This document shows positions 42,308-51,736 of a DNA stretch of 64,000 nucleotides, piece by piece. The notes under the pieces were generated by a model. That model made no database searches. It worked only from the letters and a program-made list of their open reading frames with translations, and was not told the DNA's origin. The translations under genes were made by a program, and so were the position numbers. The DNA comes from a bacterium (GTDB taxonomy: Bacteria; Patescibacteriota; Microgenomatia; Woykebacterales; RBG-16-39-9b): positions 330,460 to 394,459 of the forward strand of contig JAUYID010000009.1 of assembly GCA_030704665.1 (NCBI GenBank), written 5' to 3'. The stretch's first letter is position 1, and every line of letters begins with the position of its first letter.

Positions 42308-42958
42308 ATGGATATTACTTTTTTAGGACACGCGGCTTTTAGATTGAAAGGAAAAAGCGCTAGCTTGGTGACTGATCCCTTTGACCCAAAAGTGGGCCTG
42401 AAATTCCCCAAAGTTGAAGCTGATATCGTCACCGTTTCCCACGAACACTTTGATCACAACGCTTCTGGTCTTGTCGGTGGTGCGCCCTACATAATCAACG
42501 GCGCGGGTGAGTACGAGATCAAAGGAGTCAGTGTCGTGGGGGTGGATTCTTTTCATGATGACAAAGAAGGCGCGGAACGTGGCAGAAACACCCTTTACAA
42601 TATCCAGATGGATGGAGTAAATGTCGCTCATCTCGGAGATTTGGGCCAGGCAAGTTTGAGCAATACTCAAGTGGAAGAGCTGGGAAATGTGGATATTTTG
42701 CTTATTCCGGTTGGAGGTTTTTTTACCATTGATGCTTCTAGTGCAGCAAAAATTGCCGCCCAACTCGAGCCAAAAATTGTCATTCCGATGCACTATCAAG
42801 AGATCGGTTCGCAAATCAAGGAGCTCGAAGGACCAGAAAAATTCTTCAAAGAAATGGCCAAAGAAAATGTAGAAAAACTCGACAAACTCTCAATTTCCAA
42901 AGAAAAATTTCCGGAAGAACTCAAAGTCATTCAGTTAGTTCGGCCGGGAAGCAGTTAA
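42308..42958 (+). CDS. MBL-fold metallo-hydrolase
   Basis: TVSHEHFDHN metal-binding motif; typical ~215-aa beta-lactamase-fold hydrolase. Promoter TTGATC-17-TTAATAT upstream. Confidence 0.8.
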   Translation: MDITFLGHAAFRLKGKSASLVTDPFDPKVGLKFPKVEADIVTVSHEHFDHNASGLVGGAPYIINGAGEYEIKGVSVVGVDSFHDDKEGAERGRNTLYNIQMDGVNVAHLGDLGQASLSNTQVEELGNVDILLIPVGGFFTIDASSAAKIAAQLEPKIVIPMHYQEIGSQIKELEGPEKFFKEMAKENVEKLDKLSISKEKFPEELKVIQLVRPGSS

Positions 42959-43001
42959 AAGCTTACCAACCAACAACTGCATTACAACTTAGTCAAAACT
43001 C

Positions 43002-44357
43002 ATGGTCCAAGGTAGAGCAGGTTTAAAAACAGTCGAAATAAAATCAGTGGCTGGAAAGATTCCTCCCCAGGCCCTTGAAGCTGAGCAGTCAGTACTGGGG
43101 GCATTACTTCTTGATAGAGACGCGATTGTCAAAGTGGCGGAGTCTCTCAAACCAGGACACTTTTACAAAGAAACCCACGCTGAGATCTATCGTGCGATTC
43201 TGACTCTTTACGAAAAAAGATTGCCCGCTGATCTGGTCACTATCACTGACGAGCTCAAAAGAATTGATAAGTTTGAAATGGTTGGTGGAGCGGGGTATCT
43301 TTCTAGTTTGGTGAACCTGGTTCCAACCGCAGCTCACATCGAACACTACGCCAACTTGGTCAAAGACAAAGCGACCAAAAGAGCCCTCATCTCGGCGGCG
43401 AATGCCATTTCGGAAGAAGCTTACAACGAAGAAACCGAAGTAAAAGATTTGCTGGACAGCGCTGAATCGACTCTTTTTGGGATTTCTCAAAACAATTTAA
43501 AACAGAATTTTTTGGCGATCAAAGACGCACTGGCTGAAAGTTTCGACCGGCTTGACGAGCTCCACAAGCGCGGTTCTGGGATGCGAGGCATTCCTTCTGG
43601 TTACACGGAGCTCGACAAAAAGCTTTCCGGTCTGCAGGACTCGACCTTGATTGTTCTCGCGGCTCGACCTTCGATGGGTAAGACTACCTTGGCAATGAAT
43701 ATGATTCAGCACATTGCTACCAAAGAAAAAGTTCCGGTGGGAATTTTCTCTTTGGAAATGGGCAAAGAACAGTTGGTTGATTTGATGCTTGCTTCCCAAG
43801 CTGATGTTGACGCTTGGAAAATCACCACGGGAAATTTGGAAGAGAAAGATTTTGAAAAAATTTCCGATGCGATGGGGGAACTAGCTGAAGCACCAATTTA
43901 TATTGATGATACGCCAGGAGCTTCAATCATGGAAATGCGCACCAAAGCACGAAGACTGCAAATGGAAGCAGGGTTGAAAGTCCTTTTCGTTGACTATCTA
44001 CAACTGATTCACGGTCGAGATTTGGAAAACCGAGTCCAGGAAGTTTCCGAGATCTCCCAAGCTCTGAAAAACTTAGCGCGCGAACTCAAAATTCCGGTGG
44101 TGGCGATCAGTCAGCTTTCACGGGCGGTTGAATCGAGGCAAACTAGAAATCCTCAACTCTCCGATCTACGAGAATCAGGCGCAATTGAGCAAGACGCCGA
44201 TGTGGTCATGTTTCTTTACCGAGAAGACGTAGATGATACCGAAAACGTTAAACTCAATATTGCCAAACACCGCAACGGTCCTTTGGGTGAGATTGACCTC
44301 AAATTCAAAGGTGAGCGCCGACGTTTTTACGCAGTAGAAAAAGCTAGACTTTCTTAA
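43002..44357 (+). CDS. dnaB: Replicative DNA helicase DnaB
   Basis: N-terminal PPQALEAEQSVLGALLLD; Walker A ARPSMGKTTLAMN; Walker B LVDYLQLI; RecA-like C-terminal domain. Confidence 0.9.
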   Translation: MVQGRAGLKTVEIKSVAGKIPPQALEAEQSVLGALLLDRDAIVKVAESLKPGHFYKETHAEIYRAILTLYEKRLPADLVTITDELKRIDKFEMVGGAGYLSSLVNLVPTAAHIEHYANLVKDKATKRALISAANAISEEAYNEETEVKDLLDSAESTLFGISQNNLKQNFLAIKDALAESFDRLDELHKRGSGMRGIPSGYTELDKKLSGLQDSTLIVLAARPSMGKTTLAMNMIQHIATKEKVPVGIFSLEMGKEQLVDLMLASQADVDAWKITTGNLEEKDFEKISDAMGELAEAPIYIDDTPGASIMEMRTKARRLQMEAGLKVLFVDYLQLIHGRDLENRVQEVSEISQALKNLARELKIPVVAISQLSRAVESRQTRNPQLSDLRESGAIEQDADVVMFLYREDVDDTENVKLNIAKHRNGPLGEIDLKFKGERRRFYAVEKARLS

Positions 44358-44370
44358 AAAAACAGATCTC

Positions 44371-45573
44371 ATGAGGTATTTTTTCAGGCCGAAAATCTTC
44401 ATCCCTCTTTTTATCTTGATTCTAACCCTGGGCGTTGCTATTTTTCTCTTTCTTCTCAAAACCAAAGTTGGGGATTTGCGCCCAGCTCTTTTTCCACCGA
44501 GCAAAGATCTTGTCTCTGAAATTGAGAAACAAAAAATCGGAGAGAATGTTTCTATACCCTTAAAATTTGATACTAGTTTTAAAATTGGAGTCTTTGCCAA
44601 AAAACTTGGGCCAGTGCGGGATTTGCAGTTTTCCCCAGGTGGGACTCTGCTTGCTTCTGTACCCGCTCAGGGGAGGGTTGTTGCTTTGCCTGATGTCGAT
44701 AATGACGGGAAAGCTGATAAAGTTGTAAACCTGCTCACAGGACTTAACAAACCTCACGGTCTAGCTTTTTACCAGGGGAAGCTTTTTGTTGCTGAACTTA
44801 CCAAAGTGAGTCGGTATTCTTTTGATGAGAAGAAATTGACCACCTCTTTTGACAAAAAGCTTTTTTCTTATCCCTATCAAGGCGGTCACAGTACGAGAAG
44901 TGTTGTTATTGATAAAAATGGCGTGCTTTTCGTGACCGTGGGTTCGAGTTGTAATGTTTGCGTGGAAAGCGAAGAATGGCTGGCCGGGGTAGTGGTTTCT
45001 GATACTGAAGGAAGAAAACCAAGACTTTTTGCTAAAGGTCTACGCAACAGTGTCTTTCTCAAAATTAGCCCGGAGACAGGTAAACTTTGGGGAACAGACA
45101 TGGGTCGAGACCTTCTCGGAGACAATACTCCGAAAGAAGATATCAACATTATTAAAGACGGTGGGGACTATGGCTGGCCCTTTTGCTATGAAAACAAAGT
45201 TCACGATGACAAATTTGATCCAGGCAACAACCATAGTTGTGAAAGTACTTCTGCTCCGGTTTGGAGTATGCAGGCTCATTCAGCTCCCTTAGGCTTAAAT
45301 TTTATTGATTCGCAGCAGTTTCCGGATTCCTGGCAGGGGGACATGCTCGTTGCCTTTCACGGTTCTTGGAACCGCACAGTTCCAACTGGTTATAAGATAG
45401 TTAAACTGGATGTAAAAGGTAGTTCGGTCATTTCACAAGAAGATTTCATCACTGGCTTTCTTGCTGGTTCTTCTGCTCTGGGCCGACCAGTTGATTTGGA
45501 ATTTGATTCCAAAGGCAGTCTCTTTATTTCCGATGACAAAATTGGGGCGATTTACAAGTTAGTAAAAAAATAG
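44371..45573 (+). CDS. Soluble quinoprotein (PQQ-type) sugar dehydrogenase-like beta-propeller, signal-anchored
   Basis: GSDH-family segments (RDLQFSPGGTLLAS…, DGGDYGWP, DLEFDSKGSLFISDD…IYKL). Confidence 0.6.
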   Translation: MRYFFRPKIFIPLFILILTLGVAIFLFLLKTKVGDLRPALFPPSKDLVSEIEKQKIGENVSIPLKFDTSFKIGVFAKKLGPVRDLQFSPGGTLLASVPAQGRVVALPDVDNDGKADKVVNLLTGLNKPHGLAFYQGKLFVAELTKVSRYSFDEKKLTTSFDKKLFSYPYQGGHSTRSVVIDKNGVLFVTVGSSCNVCVESEEWLAGVVVSDTEGRKPRLFAKGLRNSVFLKISPETGKLWGTDMGRDLLGDNTPKEDINIIKDGGDYGWPFCYENKVHDDKFDPGNNHSCESTSAPVWSMQAHSAPLGLNFIDSQQFPDSWQGDMLVAFHGSWNRTVPTGYKIVKLDVKGSSVISQEDFITGFLAGSSALGRPVDLEFDSKGSLFISDDKIGAIYKLVKK

Positions 45574-45840
45574 TTATTTCGAAAAATACTTAGTAAGTTT
45601 AATAACAATTTCAGATACTCCAACCATCAAGATTAGAATTAGAAAAGAACTCAAAAACCAAAAAGGCCAAAAACTTTTTATAAACAAAGTTTTACCCATT
45701 ATTTGGGTTATGGTCATTGGCTCAAAATTCTGATAGTCATAGTAATTAATGATTGAAGAGAAAAGGAAACCCAGGAAAAGGGAAGCAAGTATATAGACTG
45801 CAATTTTTAAGTAAGGAGTTTTCATTTCTTTGGTGGGCAA
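45574..45840 (-). CDS. Possible small membrane protein (88 aa, 2 TM); N-terminal codons overlap the tRNA 3' end
   Basis: ORF only; hydrophobic composition; AT-rich. Confidence 0.3.
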   Translation of the reverse strand: MPTKEMKTPYLKIAVYILASLFLGFLFSSIINYYDYQNFEPMTITQIMGKTLFIKSFWPFWFLSSFLILILMVGVSEIVIKLTKYFSK

Positions 45841-45916
45841 GGAGGGAGTCGAACCCTCATGAGTTTGAGCTCACAGGTTTTTGAGACCTGCGTGTCTACC
45901 ATTCCACCACTTGCCC
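45831..45916 (-). tRNA. tRNA-Leu (anticodon CAA), CCA encoded
   Basis: Reverse complement reads GGGCAAG…anticodon loop CTCAAAA…long variable arm…GGTTCGACTCC…CTTGCCCACCA. A 7-bp acceptor stem pairs perfectly; the T-loop is canonical. Confidence 0.85.
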
Positions 45917-46004
45917 AGTGAAACCCGATTATATAGTTTTGAGCCTGGTTTTGCAATTTAGTCAATTGACACCCTAGCGTTTCTTTGCCATTATAGATGG
46001 GCCT

Positions 46005-46859
46005 ATGTTTGACCCAAACGGAGATTCTAGCCCGGCTCCGTCAGTGCCGGGAGCAACTCTTTCACAAAACAATCCAAACCCACCCGAGCCTAGCAGCTCT
46101 TTACCGACTAATTTACCTGACTCGACAGCAACCGTTGTCCCACAACAACCTTCTTGGGTAGTTCCTTCTCCGCTTGATGGATCGGGGGTAGAGCCTTTAC
46201 CAGTTCAGGAAAAGCCGCTGACTGTCTCAGATGCAGCTCAAGTTGCCTCACCAGACAGTTTAGGGGTGGCTATTGATGCGCCACTAACTGGCGAAACACC
46301 CGACTCGTCAGTCGAAGAGGAGCGGGTGATTTCTTCACCACCGACACTGGACAAACTGGCCGATACGGCGGTGGAGGTAAGTAAACTTTCGAGTGAAGAA
46401 ACCCTGAAAAAAGCTTCCTTTGATGTGACTATTCTTTATTTGGATTATCGGCAAAAGCTTGCCTTGAGTGGCGAAGCAAACACGGCGCAGTGGGAGGAGG
46501 TAGCCAAAGCCTATCCAGACTTTGCTGGTAAGATTCAGGAACTAGCCGCTACCTTGCGGGAGGTGGAAAAGGTCAAGAAAGAGGCTTATCCGGAAACTGA
46601 TCAGATCTTGCAGAAAGTGAGTTTTCACAACGTTGAAGATGAGGCTAGTCGAATGCTGCTAACCGATTTTCTCTGGAGGCGAGCGACGAACCAATCAGGA
46701 AAGTTTGATAAAGAGATGAGCTTTGCCAAAGAAGCAGTTTCGATTCTGCGAGAGCTTGGAGTTTCAGAAGAAAAACTGCGTAGCAAAGTTGACCTATCAC
46801 CCGTGCAAATTCTTGAAGAAGTCCTCAAAGGCAAACTCCGCCTGAGCAAAATTCAATAA
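46005..46859 (+). CDS. Hypothetical protein with Pro/Ser-rich N-terminal half and alpha-helical C-terminal half
   Basis: 284-aa ORF with upstream promoter TTGACA-17-CATTAT; no family recognised. Confidence 0.5.
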   Translation: MFDPNGDSSPAPSVPGATLSQNNPNPPEPSSSLPTNLPDSTATVVPQQPSWVVPSPLDGSGVEPLPVQEKPLTVSDAAQVASPDSLGVAIDAPLTGETPDSSVEEERVISSPPTLDKLADTAVEVSKLSSEETLKKASFDVTILYLDYRQKLALSGEANTAQWEEVAKAYPDFAGKIQELAATLREVEKVKKEAYPETDQILQKVSFHNVEDEASRMLLTDFLWRRATNQSGKFDKEMSFAKEAVSILRELGVSEEKLRSKVDLSPVQILEEVLKGKLRLSKIQ

Positions 46860-46957
46860 ATTTTAAGCAAAACAAAATGTCTAGGCCCCGGCAGTTTTTG
46901 TCAGGGCCTATGGGTAAGTCCAGGAATTGTTCTCACCTTTCTTCTTGTCAGAGGCTG

Positions 46958-47257
46958 TCAGCTACTGGTTGGTCGGCTACTCAAGCTGAGGGTTAGCCGA
47001 ACATCCTTCAGGATTTTCCTGGCTGCGGCACCCTCATCAATGTCCACACAGTCGCAGTAGGCAGCAAAGATGGACCGATCAAGGAGCCGCAGGCCTTGTT
47101 CATTCAGCTCGTCGAAATGATCTTTGCGCAGTCGCAGGAGACGGCGTAGGCGGTTGAGATAGCCATCGCGAACCTGGCCCCGGCCTGGTGTGTGGGCTAT
47201 CTCTTCGACCCCCAGCTTCAGTTCCTTGAGATCTTCTCTCGTCCTTGTGGTACTCAT
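46958..47257 (-). CDS. GC-rich (~54%) small hypothetical protein (99 aa)
   Basis: ORF with GC-biased codons unlike the flanking genes. The overlapping N-terminal part of track ORF 47192..47935 is not coding (efp starts at 47375). Confidence 0.35.
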   Translation of the reverse strand: MSTTRTREDLKELKLGVEEIAHTPGRGQVRDGYLNRLRRLLRLRKDHFDELNEQGLRLLDRSIFAAYCDCVDIDEGAAARKILKDVRLTLSLSSRPTSS

Positions 47258-47374
47258 GCAAAGGCCTCCTTTCTCAAGTTAATTTTACTCTGCTCGAAGA
47301 CTAAATTAAACACCTTTAAAATAAAGAATAAAGCTTGCGAAATGCCCTCGGAAATGGTTAAATGGCGACCAATT

Positions 47375-47935
47375 ATGATTAATGTTACTGACTTACGGTC
47401 CGGAGCTGCTTTCAAAGACCAGGGTAACCTTTGGGAAGTGCTCGAATACCAACATATTAAAGTCGGTAGGGGAAGTGCGAACATCAAGGTCAAAGTGCGC
47501 AATCTTCGTAGCGGGACAATTACTGAAAAAAGCTTCATGTCTGGGGCTAGGGTTGATCCAGCTGAGGTTGAAAAGAAAGAAGCTCAGTTTCTTTATCTTG
47601 ATGGAAGTTTGGCTTACTTTATGGACCCGAAAAGCTACGAGCAGTTTTCTTTACCGCTATCAGCTTTGGTTGGTCAAGAAAAATATCTCCAGGAAGGGGG
47701 AAATTACAACCTAGTCTGCGTAGATGAGGAAATTTTGAGTGTTGAGATGCCCCGAACAGTAGAGTTGAAAGTAGAAGATACTGGACCGGGAATCAAAGGC
47801 GACAGCGTTTCGAGTGCCTACAAGGCAGCTACTCTTGAAAACGGAATGACGGTGCAGGTGCCTCTTTTTATCAAAGAAGGAGAGAAAATTCGTCTTGATA
47901 CGCGTAGTGGTGACTACCTAGAGAGAGCAAAATAG
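47375..47935 (+). CDS. efp: Elongation factor P; Arg at the beta-hairpin tip (KVGRGSA)
   Basis: MINVTDLRSGAAF…VLEYQHIKVGRGSANIKVKVRNL… has the three EF-P OB/KOW-like domains. ATG 47375 in frame within the track ORF. Confidence 0.85.
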   Translation: MINVTDLRSGAAFKDQGNLWEVLEYQHIKVGRGSANIKVKVRNLRSGTITEKSFMSGARVDPAEVEKKEAQFLYLDGSLAYFMDPKSYEQFSLPLSALVGQEKYLQEGGNYNLVCVDEEILSVEMPRTVELKVEDTGPGIKGDSVSSAYKAATLENGMTVQVPLFIKEGEKIRLDTRSGDYLERAK

Positions 47936-48382
47936 CTAAACTTTTACCAAAAGGAAAATTGCCAGCCCGACCGCGACTGCGGCAGTCACAAAACCGCTCG
48001 CCGGAGGTACGTTGCTTTGAATCCCACGGTGGAAGTTGTTCAGCTTTTTGTACCAAGCCCACTTGTTCCAAGGGAGAAACTCAAAACCTCGAAAGCTAGC
48101 CAGCATAAAATCAGGAGCTGTACCAAGAAAACCACCAAACATTATTAACGGAAGCTGGGGATTACTTCTGGCAAACCACCAAATTAAAAACAAACCAAAA
48201 AGATAATCGAGCCCGACCCAAAAATAAAACTTTTTCCCAAAGGGTGGGTGAGGCGAGCCGTCCCAATGAGGAGTTGCGTCCAGAACGAAATGAGAAGCAA
48301 AGGCGGCCGGCAAAGAAATTGCCGGATTGGGTATGGCTTTGACAAGAGCGGCACCGATAAGTAAATGGGGAGTCGAAAGCAT
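47936..48382 (-). CDS. Membrane protein, possibly DUF457/YdjM-like metal-dependent hydrolase (His-rich HFVLDATPHWDGSPHPP)
   Basis: 148-aa ORF, 3-4 TM; weak family resemblance. Confidence 0.45.
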   Translation of the reverse strand: MLSTPHLLIGAALVKAIPNPAISLPAAFASHFVLDATPHWDGSPHPPFGKKFYFWVGLDYLFGLFLIWWFARSNPQLPLIMFGGFLGTAPDFMLASFRGFEFLPWNKWAWYKKLNNFHRGIQSNVPPASGFVTAAVAVGLAIFLLVKV

Positions 48383-48521
48383 AAGAGTTAGTCTTTCGCT
48401 AGACTAACAACTAAAAATTCTAGGCCAAGAAAACGTTTTTGTCAAACAAATGACTTCTAAGCAAACCTATTGCCAAAGACAACCAAGTTTAGTATAACTG
48501 TTCCACTTAATTTTTTTATCT

Positions 48522-49169
48522 ATGGCGGATTTAATTAGCTTATTGACCAACATAACCGTTTTGGTGATTTTGGTCTCCTACATCTTTCTTATTTGGCTGG
48601 GACTGATTGTTTGGACCTGGGTTGATATCAGCCGGAGAAGTGACAATTGGTTTTACCGGCTTGCAATGTTGCTTTTGGTTGCTCTGGGAGCCTTTGTGGG
48701 CTTTGCTTTTTATCTGATGATTCGACCGAGTCTGACCAAAAAAGAATCTGAAACCCAGGAGCTAGAGGAACAGTTTCTTCTTGCTAGTTCCTTAGCTTGC
48801 CCGAAGTGTGGGCAGATTACTCCTGAGAACTTCCTCTTTTGTATTCGTTGCGCGACCAGTTTAAAGAATAAATGTAAAAACTGTGGTTTTTTGGTTCATG
48901 CCAGTTGGTCAGCTTGTCCTAACTGTGGCAATCTTCAAGCTGAAGTACCCTTGTTAAATGTGATTGAGGCCCAGACTAAATCAGTCGAAACTAAACCCCT
49001 ACACCTAGGAGTAGATTTTTCTGGGGTTTTTCAAGTGATCAAAAATATGCGTTCAATTGCTCCTGAGCTCAGAAAGGAAAGCAATGGTGAGACCCGCAAG
49101 CAAGTTAGAAAAGCCAAAAGAGCAAGATCCAAGCCGAGAGCAAAAAAGGCTGAAGTGGCTGCAAAGTAA
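48522..49169 (+). CDS. Membrane-anchored double zinc-ribbon protein (PLDc_N-like N-terminal TM pair; CPKCGQ…C..C and CKNCGF…CPNCG); 3' end uncertain
   Basis: 215-aa ORF. The K-rich C-terminal tail overlaps the likely start region of the downstream peptidase gene. Confidence 0.5.
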   Translation: MADLISLLTNITVLVILVSYIFLIWLGLIVWTWVDISRRSDNWFYRLAMLLLVALGAFVGFAFYLMIRPSLTKKESETQELEEQFLLASSLACPKCGQITPENFLFCIRCATSLKNKCKNCGFLVHASWSACPNCGNLQAEVPLLNVIEAQTKSVETKPLHLGVDFSGVFQVIKNMRSIAPELRKESNGETRKQVRKAKRARSKPRAKKAEVAAK

Positions 49170-50217
49170 ACTAGATAAAACTTCTCTCGACGGCTTTTTA
49201 GTTTCAAAAACTGAGAACAAAACCTATTTAACTGGTTGGGAAGCGGACCCGGAAAGTGGTTATCTTTTAATCACACCCGGCCAAGCCTTTCTTTTTACCG
49301 ACTCGCGTTACACTGAACAAGCAATTCAGCTGGTAGACGGTTTTGAGGTAGTTGAGGTTCCCGGGAATTTTTCCTCTTTTGCAGTCGAGTTTATCAGCAA
49401 AAAGAAGCTAAAAAGAATCGCATTTGAAAGCCACAATCTTTCCGTTTTTGACTTTAAACGCTTTAAGAAACTTTTCCCCTCAAAATTGATCCCTCTTGCC
49501 CACTTGCTTGAAGAAAGACGAGCGACCAAAGACCAAGATGAAATTGAGGCGATCAGGGCAGCAGTTCGGCTGGACCAAAGTGCTTTTGAATACATTTTGA
49601 ACTTCGTTAAAACCGGTCAGACAGAAGCAGAGGTAGCTTGGGAGTTGGAAAGAAAATTAAAAGAGCTTGGGGCGCAGAGAATGGGTTGGCAACCTTTTAT
49701 TGTGGCTTCTGGAGCAAACTCTTCTATTCCGCATTACGGAAATAGCTCAAAGGTAAAAATCAAAAAGGGAGACCTTTTGCAGCTAGACTTCGCTAGTGTA
49801 GTTGAAGGTTATCATTCAGACACTTCTCGGGTTATTTTTATTGGAAAACCAGACGAAGAAAAAATCAAAATTTACAACTGGGTCAGAGAGGCCCAAGAAC
49901 TAGGGGAGAGCTTGGTTCGACCAGGTAAAAGTGGAGAAGAGATTGACACAGCGGTACGAAATTTTCTTAAAGAAAAAACCCCAAACTACTTCCAGCATGG
50001 TTTGGGTCATGGTGTTGGTTTGGAGATTCACGAGCTACCGAAGCTGAGCTTGGCAGGGAAGAAAAAACTCGAAATTGGAAATTGTTTTACGGTCGAGCCG
50101 GGGATTTATCGTCCTGGTTGGGGTGGGGTTCGGCTAGAAGATATTGTTGTTTTAGGAAAAAACGGGGCCGAGATTCTCACCAAAACTACCAAAGAGATCA
50201 AAGACGTAACTATTTAA
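49084..50217 (+). CDS. M24-family Xaa-Pro aminopeptidase (PepP-like); start uncertain (ATG 49084 or GTG 49087, overlaps upstream ORF)
   Basis: N-terminal creatinase-like domain (KRLKWLQSKLDKTSLDGFLV), pita-bread fold with metal ligands (…DFASVVEGYHSDTSR…HGLGHGVGLEIHE…VEPGIY). Confidence 0.8.
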   Translation: MVRPASKLEKPKEQDPSREQKRLKWLQSKLDKTSLDGFLVSKTENKTYLTGWEADPESGYLLITPGQAFLFTDSRYTEQAIQLVDGFEVVEVPGNFSSFAVEFISKKKLKRIAFESHNLSVFDFKRFKKLFPSKLIPLAHLLEERRATKDQDEIEAIRAAVRLDQSAFEYILNFVKTGQTEAEVAWELERKLKELGAQRMGWQPFIVASGANSSIPHYGNSSKVKIKKGDLLQLDFASVVEGYHSDTSRVIFIGKPDEEKIKIYNWVREAQELGESLVRPGKSGEEIDTAVRNFLKEKTPNYFQHGLGHGVGLEIHELPKLSLAGKKKLEIGNCFTVEPGIYRPGWGGVRLEDIVVLGKNGAEILTKTTKEIKDVTI

Positions 50218-50230
50218 GGCCAATCACTCT

Positions 50231-51724
50231 TTGACTGAACTCAAACTTGTGTTAAAATTGCCAGCAATGCAAGTAAGAGTCTCGAATCAAAATTTAAAAA
50301 ACATTGAAGCTGACGCTCTCTATTTGGCGGTTTTCGAAGACAAAAGCCTTTCTGAAAAGATGGTCCAGCTAGACAAGCAACTAAATTCTGCTCTCAGTGA
50401 TTTTCTCAAACTCAAAGAATTCAAAGGGAAACTTTACGAAACTGCAGTTCTTTATCCCCAAGGTTTGAATTTCCAAAGACTCATATTAGTTGGGATGGGC
50501 AAAGAAGAGGATTTTGAAGCTCCACGAATGACCAAGAATGTGGCTGGTGCTGCGGCTAAACGGGCAATCAAGTTGGGGGTGAAGAAGCTAGCGACACTGT
50601 TGAACCACCCTGAAGAAACGGCTGGTGTCGTCGAAGGAGTCGGGCTTGCCAGTTTTGATGCCGGGATGCACAAAACCAAAAAAGAGAAACTGGAAATTCA
50701 AGAACTTATTCTTGTCGGTGCAGATGAAAAAGTCGTTGGAGAGGCTCAAGCAGCGGCCGAAACAATTAACTGGGTTCGCCACCTTATTGCCGAGCCAGCC
50801 AACCTGATGACTCCGGCTCGTGTGGTTGAAGAAGCAAAAAAGATCGCCAAAACCTACAAACTAGGGATTGAAATTATCGACGAGAAAGAAGCAAAAAAGA
50901 GAAAGATGGGAGCCTTTCTTGCGATTGCGCAAGGGAGTGATGAATCATCCTATATGATCGTTCTGCACTACAAAGCGCCAAAACCAGGTAAGACTGTCCT
51001 TGGCATTGTCGGAAAAGGTATTACTTTTGATAGCGGTGGCATTTCGATCAAACCTTCAGCCAAAATGGCGGACATGAAGATGGATATGTCTGGGGCAGCC
51101 GCTATGCTCGGAATCATGAAATTGGTGGGGGAGTTTAAACCCAATCTTGATATCATCGGCATTGCCCCGGTGACTGAGAACATGCCGAGTGGAAAAGCGG
51201 CCAAACCGGGAGATGTCTTTAAATCTTTGTCCGGTCGGACGATTGAGATCCTCAACACTGACGCTGAGGGTAGGGTAGTGATGAGCGATGCTTTTACTTA
51301 CGTTCAAAAACTGGGGGCGAAGAAGATTTTTGAACTCTCGACCCTGACCGGAGCAGTGAACGTTGCTTTGGGTCCGGAAGCTACGGCTATTATCGGGTCT
51401 TCGCAAGAATGGGTTGATACAGTTATTTCTGCTGGAAAGAGGGCGGGGGAGAGAATTTGGCAGCTGCCGATTTACTCCGAGCACAAAGAAATGTTGAAAA
51501 GTGATATTGCTGATCTTGCCAATATACCTCCAACCCGGGCAGCCGATGTCATTGCAGGAGGAGTTTTCCTCGGAGAGTTTGTTGAAAAGGAAAATGATTG
51601 GGCGCATTTGGATATTGGAGCAACTGCCTGGTTGGAAGGGGACAAACCGTATTTGACTAAGGGCCCGACTGGAGTAGGGATTGAAACTGCGCTTGCTTTG
51701 ATAAAGGCTTTGGAAGGAAATTAA
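50231..51724 (+). CDS. pepA: Leucyl aminopeptidase (M17)
   Basis: NTDAEGRVV motif, GKGITFDSGG, C-terminal catalytic domain; 497 aa. Confidence 0.85.
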   Translation: MTELKLVLKLPAMQVRVSNQNLKNIEADALYLAVFEDKSLSEKMVQLDKQLNSALSDFLKLKEFKGKLYETAVLYPQGLNFQRLILVGMGKEEDFEAPRMTKNVAGAAAKRAIKLGVKKLATLLNHPEETAGVVEGVGLASFDAGMHKTKKEKLEIQELILVGADEKVVGEAQAAAETINWVRHLIAEPANLMTPARVVEEAKKIAKTYKLGIEIIDEKEAKKRKMGAFLAIAQGSDESSYMIVLHYKAPKPGKTVLGIVGKGITFDSGGISIKPSAKMADMKMDMSGAAAMLGIMKLVGEFKPNLDIIGIAPVTENMPSGKAAKPGDVFKSLSGRTIEILNTDAEGRVVMSDAFTYVQKLGAKKIFELSTLTGAVNVALGPEATAIIGSSQEWVDTVISAGKRAGERIWQLPIYSEHKEMLKSDIADLANIPPTRAADVIAGGVFLGEFVEKENDWAHLDIGATAWLEGDKPYLTKGPTGVGIETALALIKALEGN

Positions 51725-51736
51725 GGTTAAAAGTTT

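Noticed and set aside
47192-47374. N-terminal extension of efp (track ORF 47192..47935)
   Set aside because: EF-P homologues start at MINVTDLRSG. The upstream part overlaps the divergent GC-rich ORF and the promoter region.
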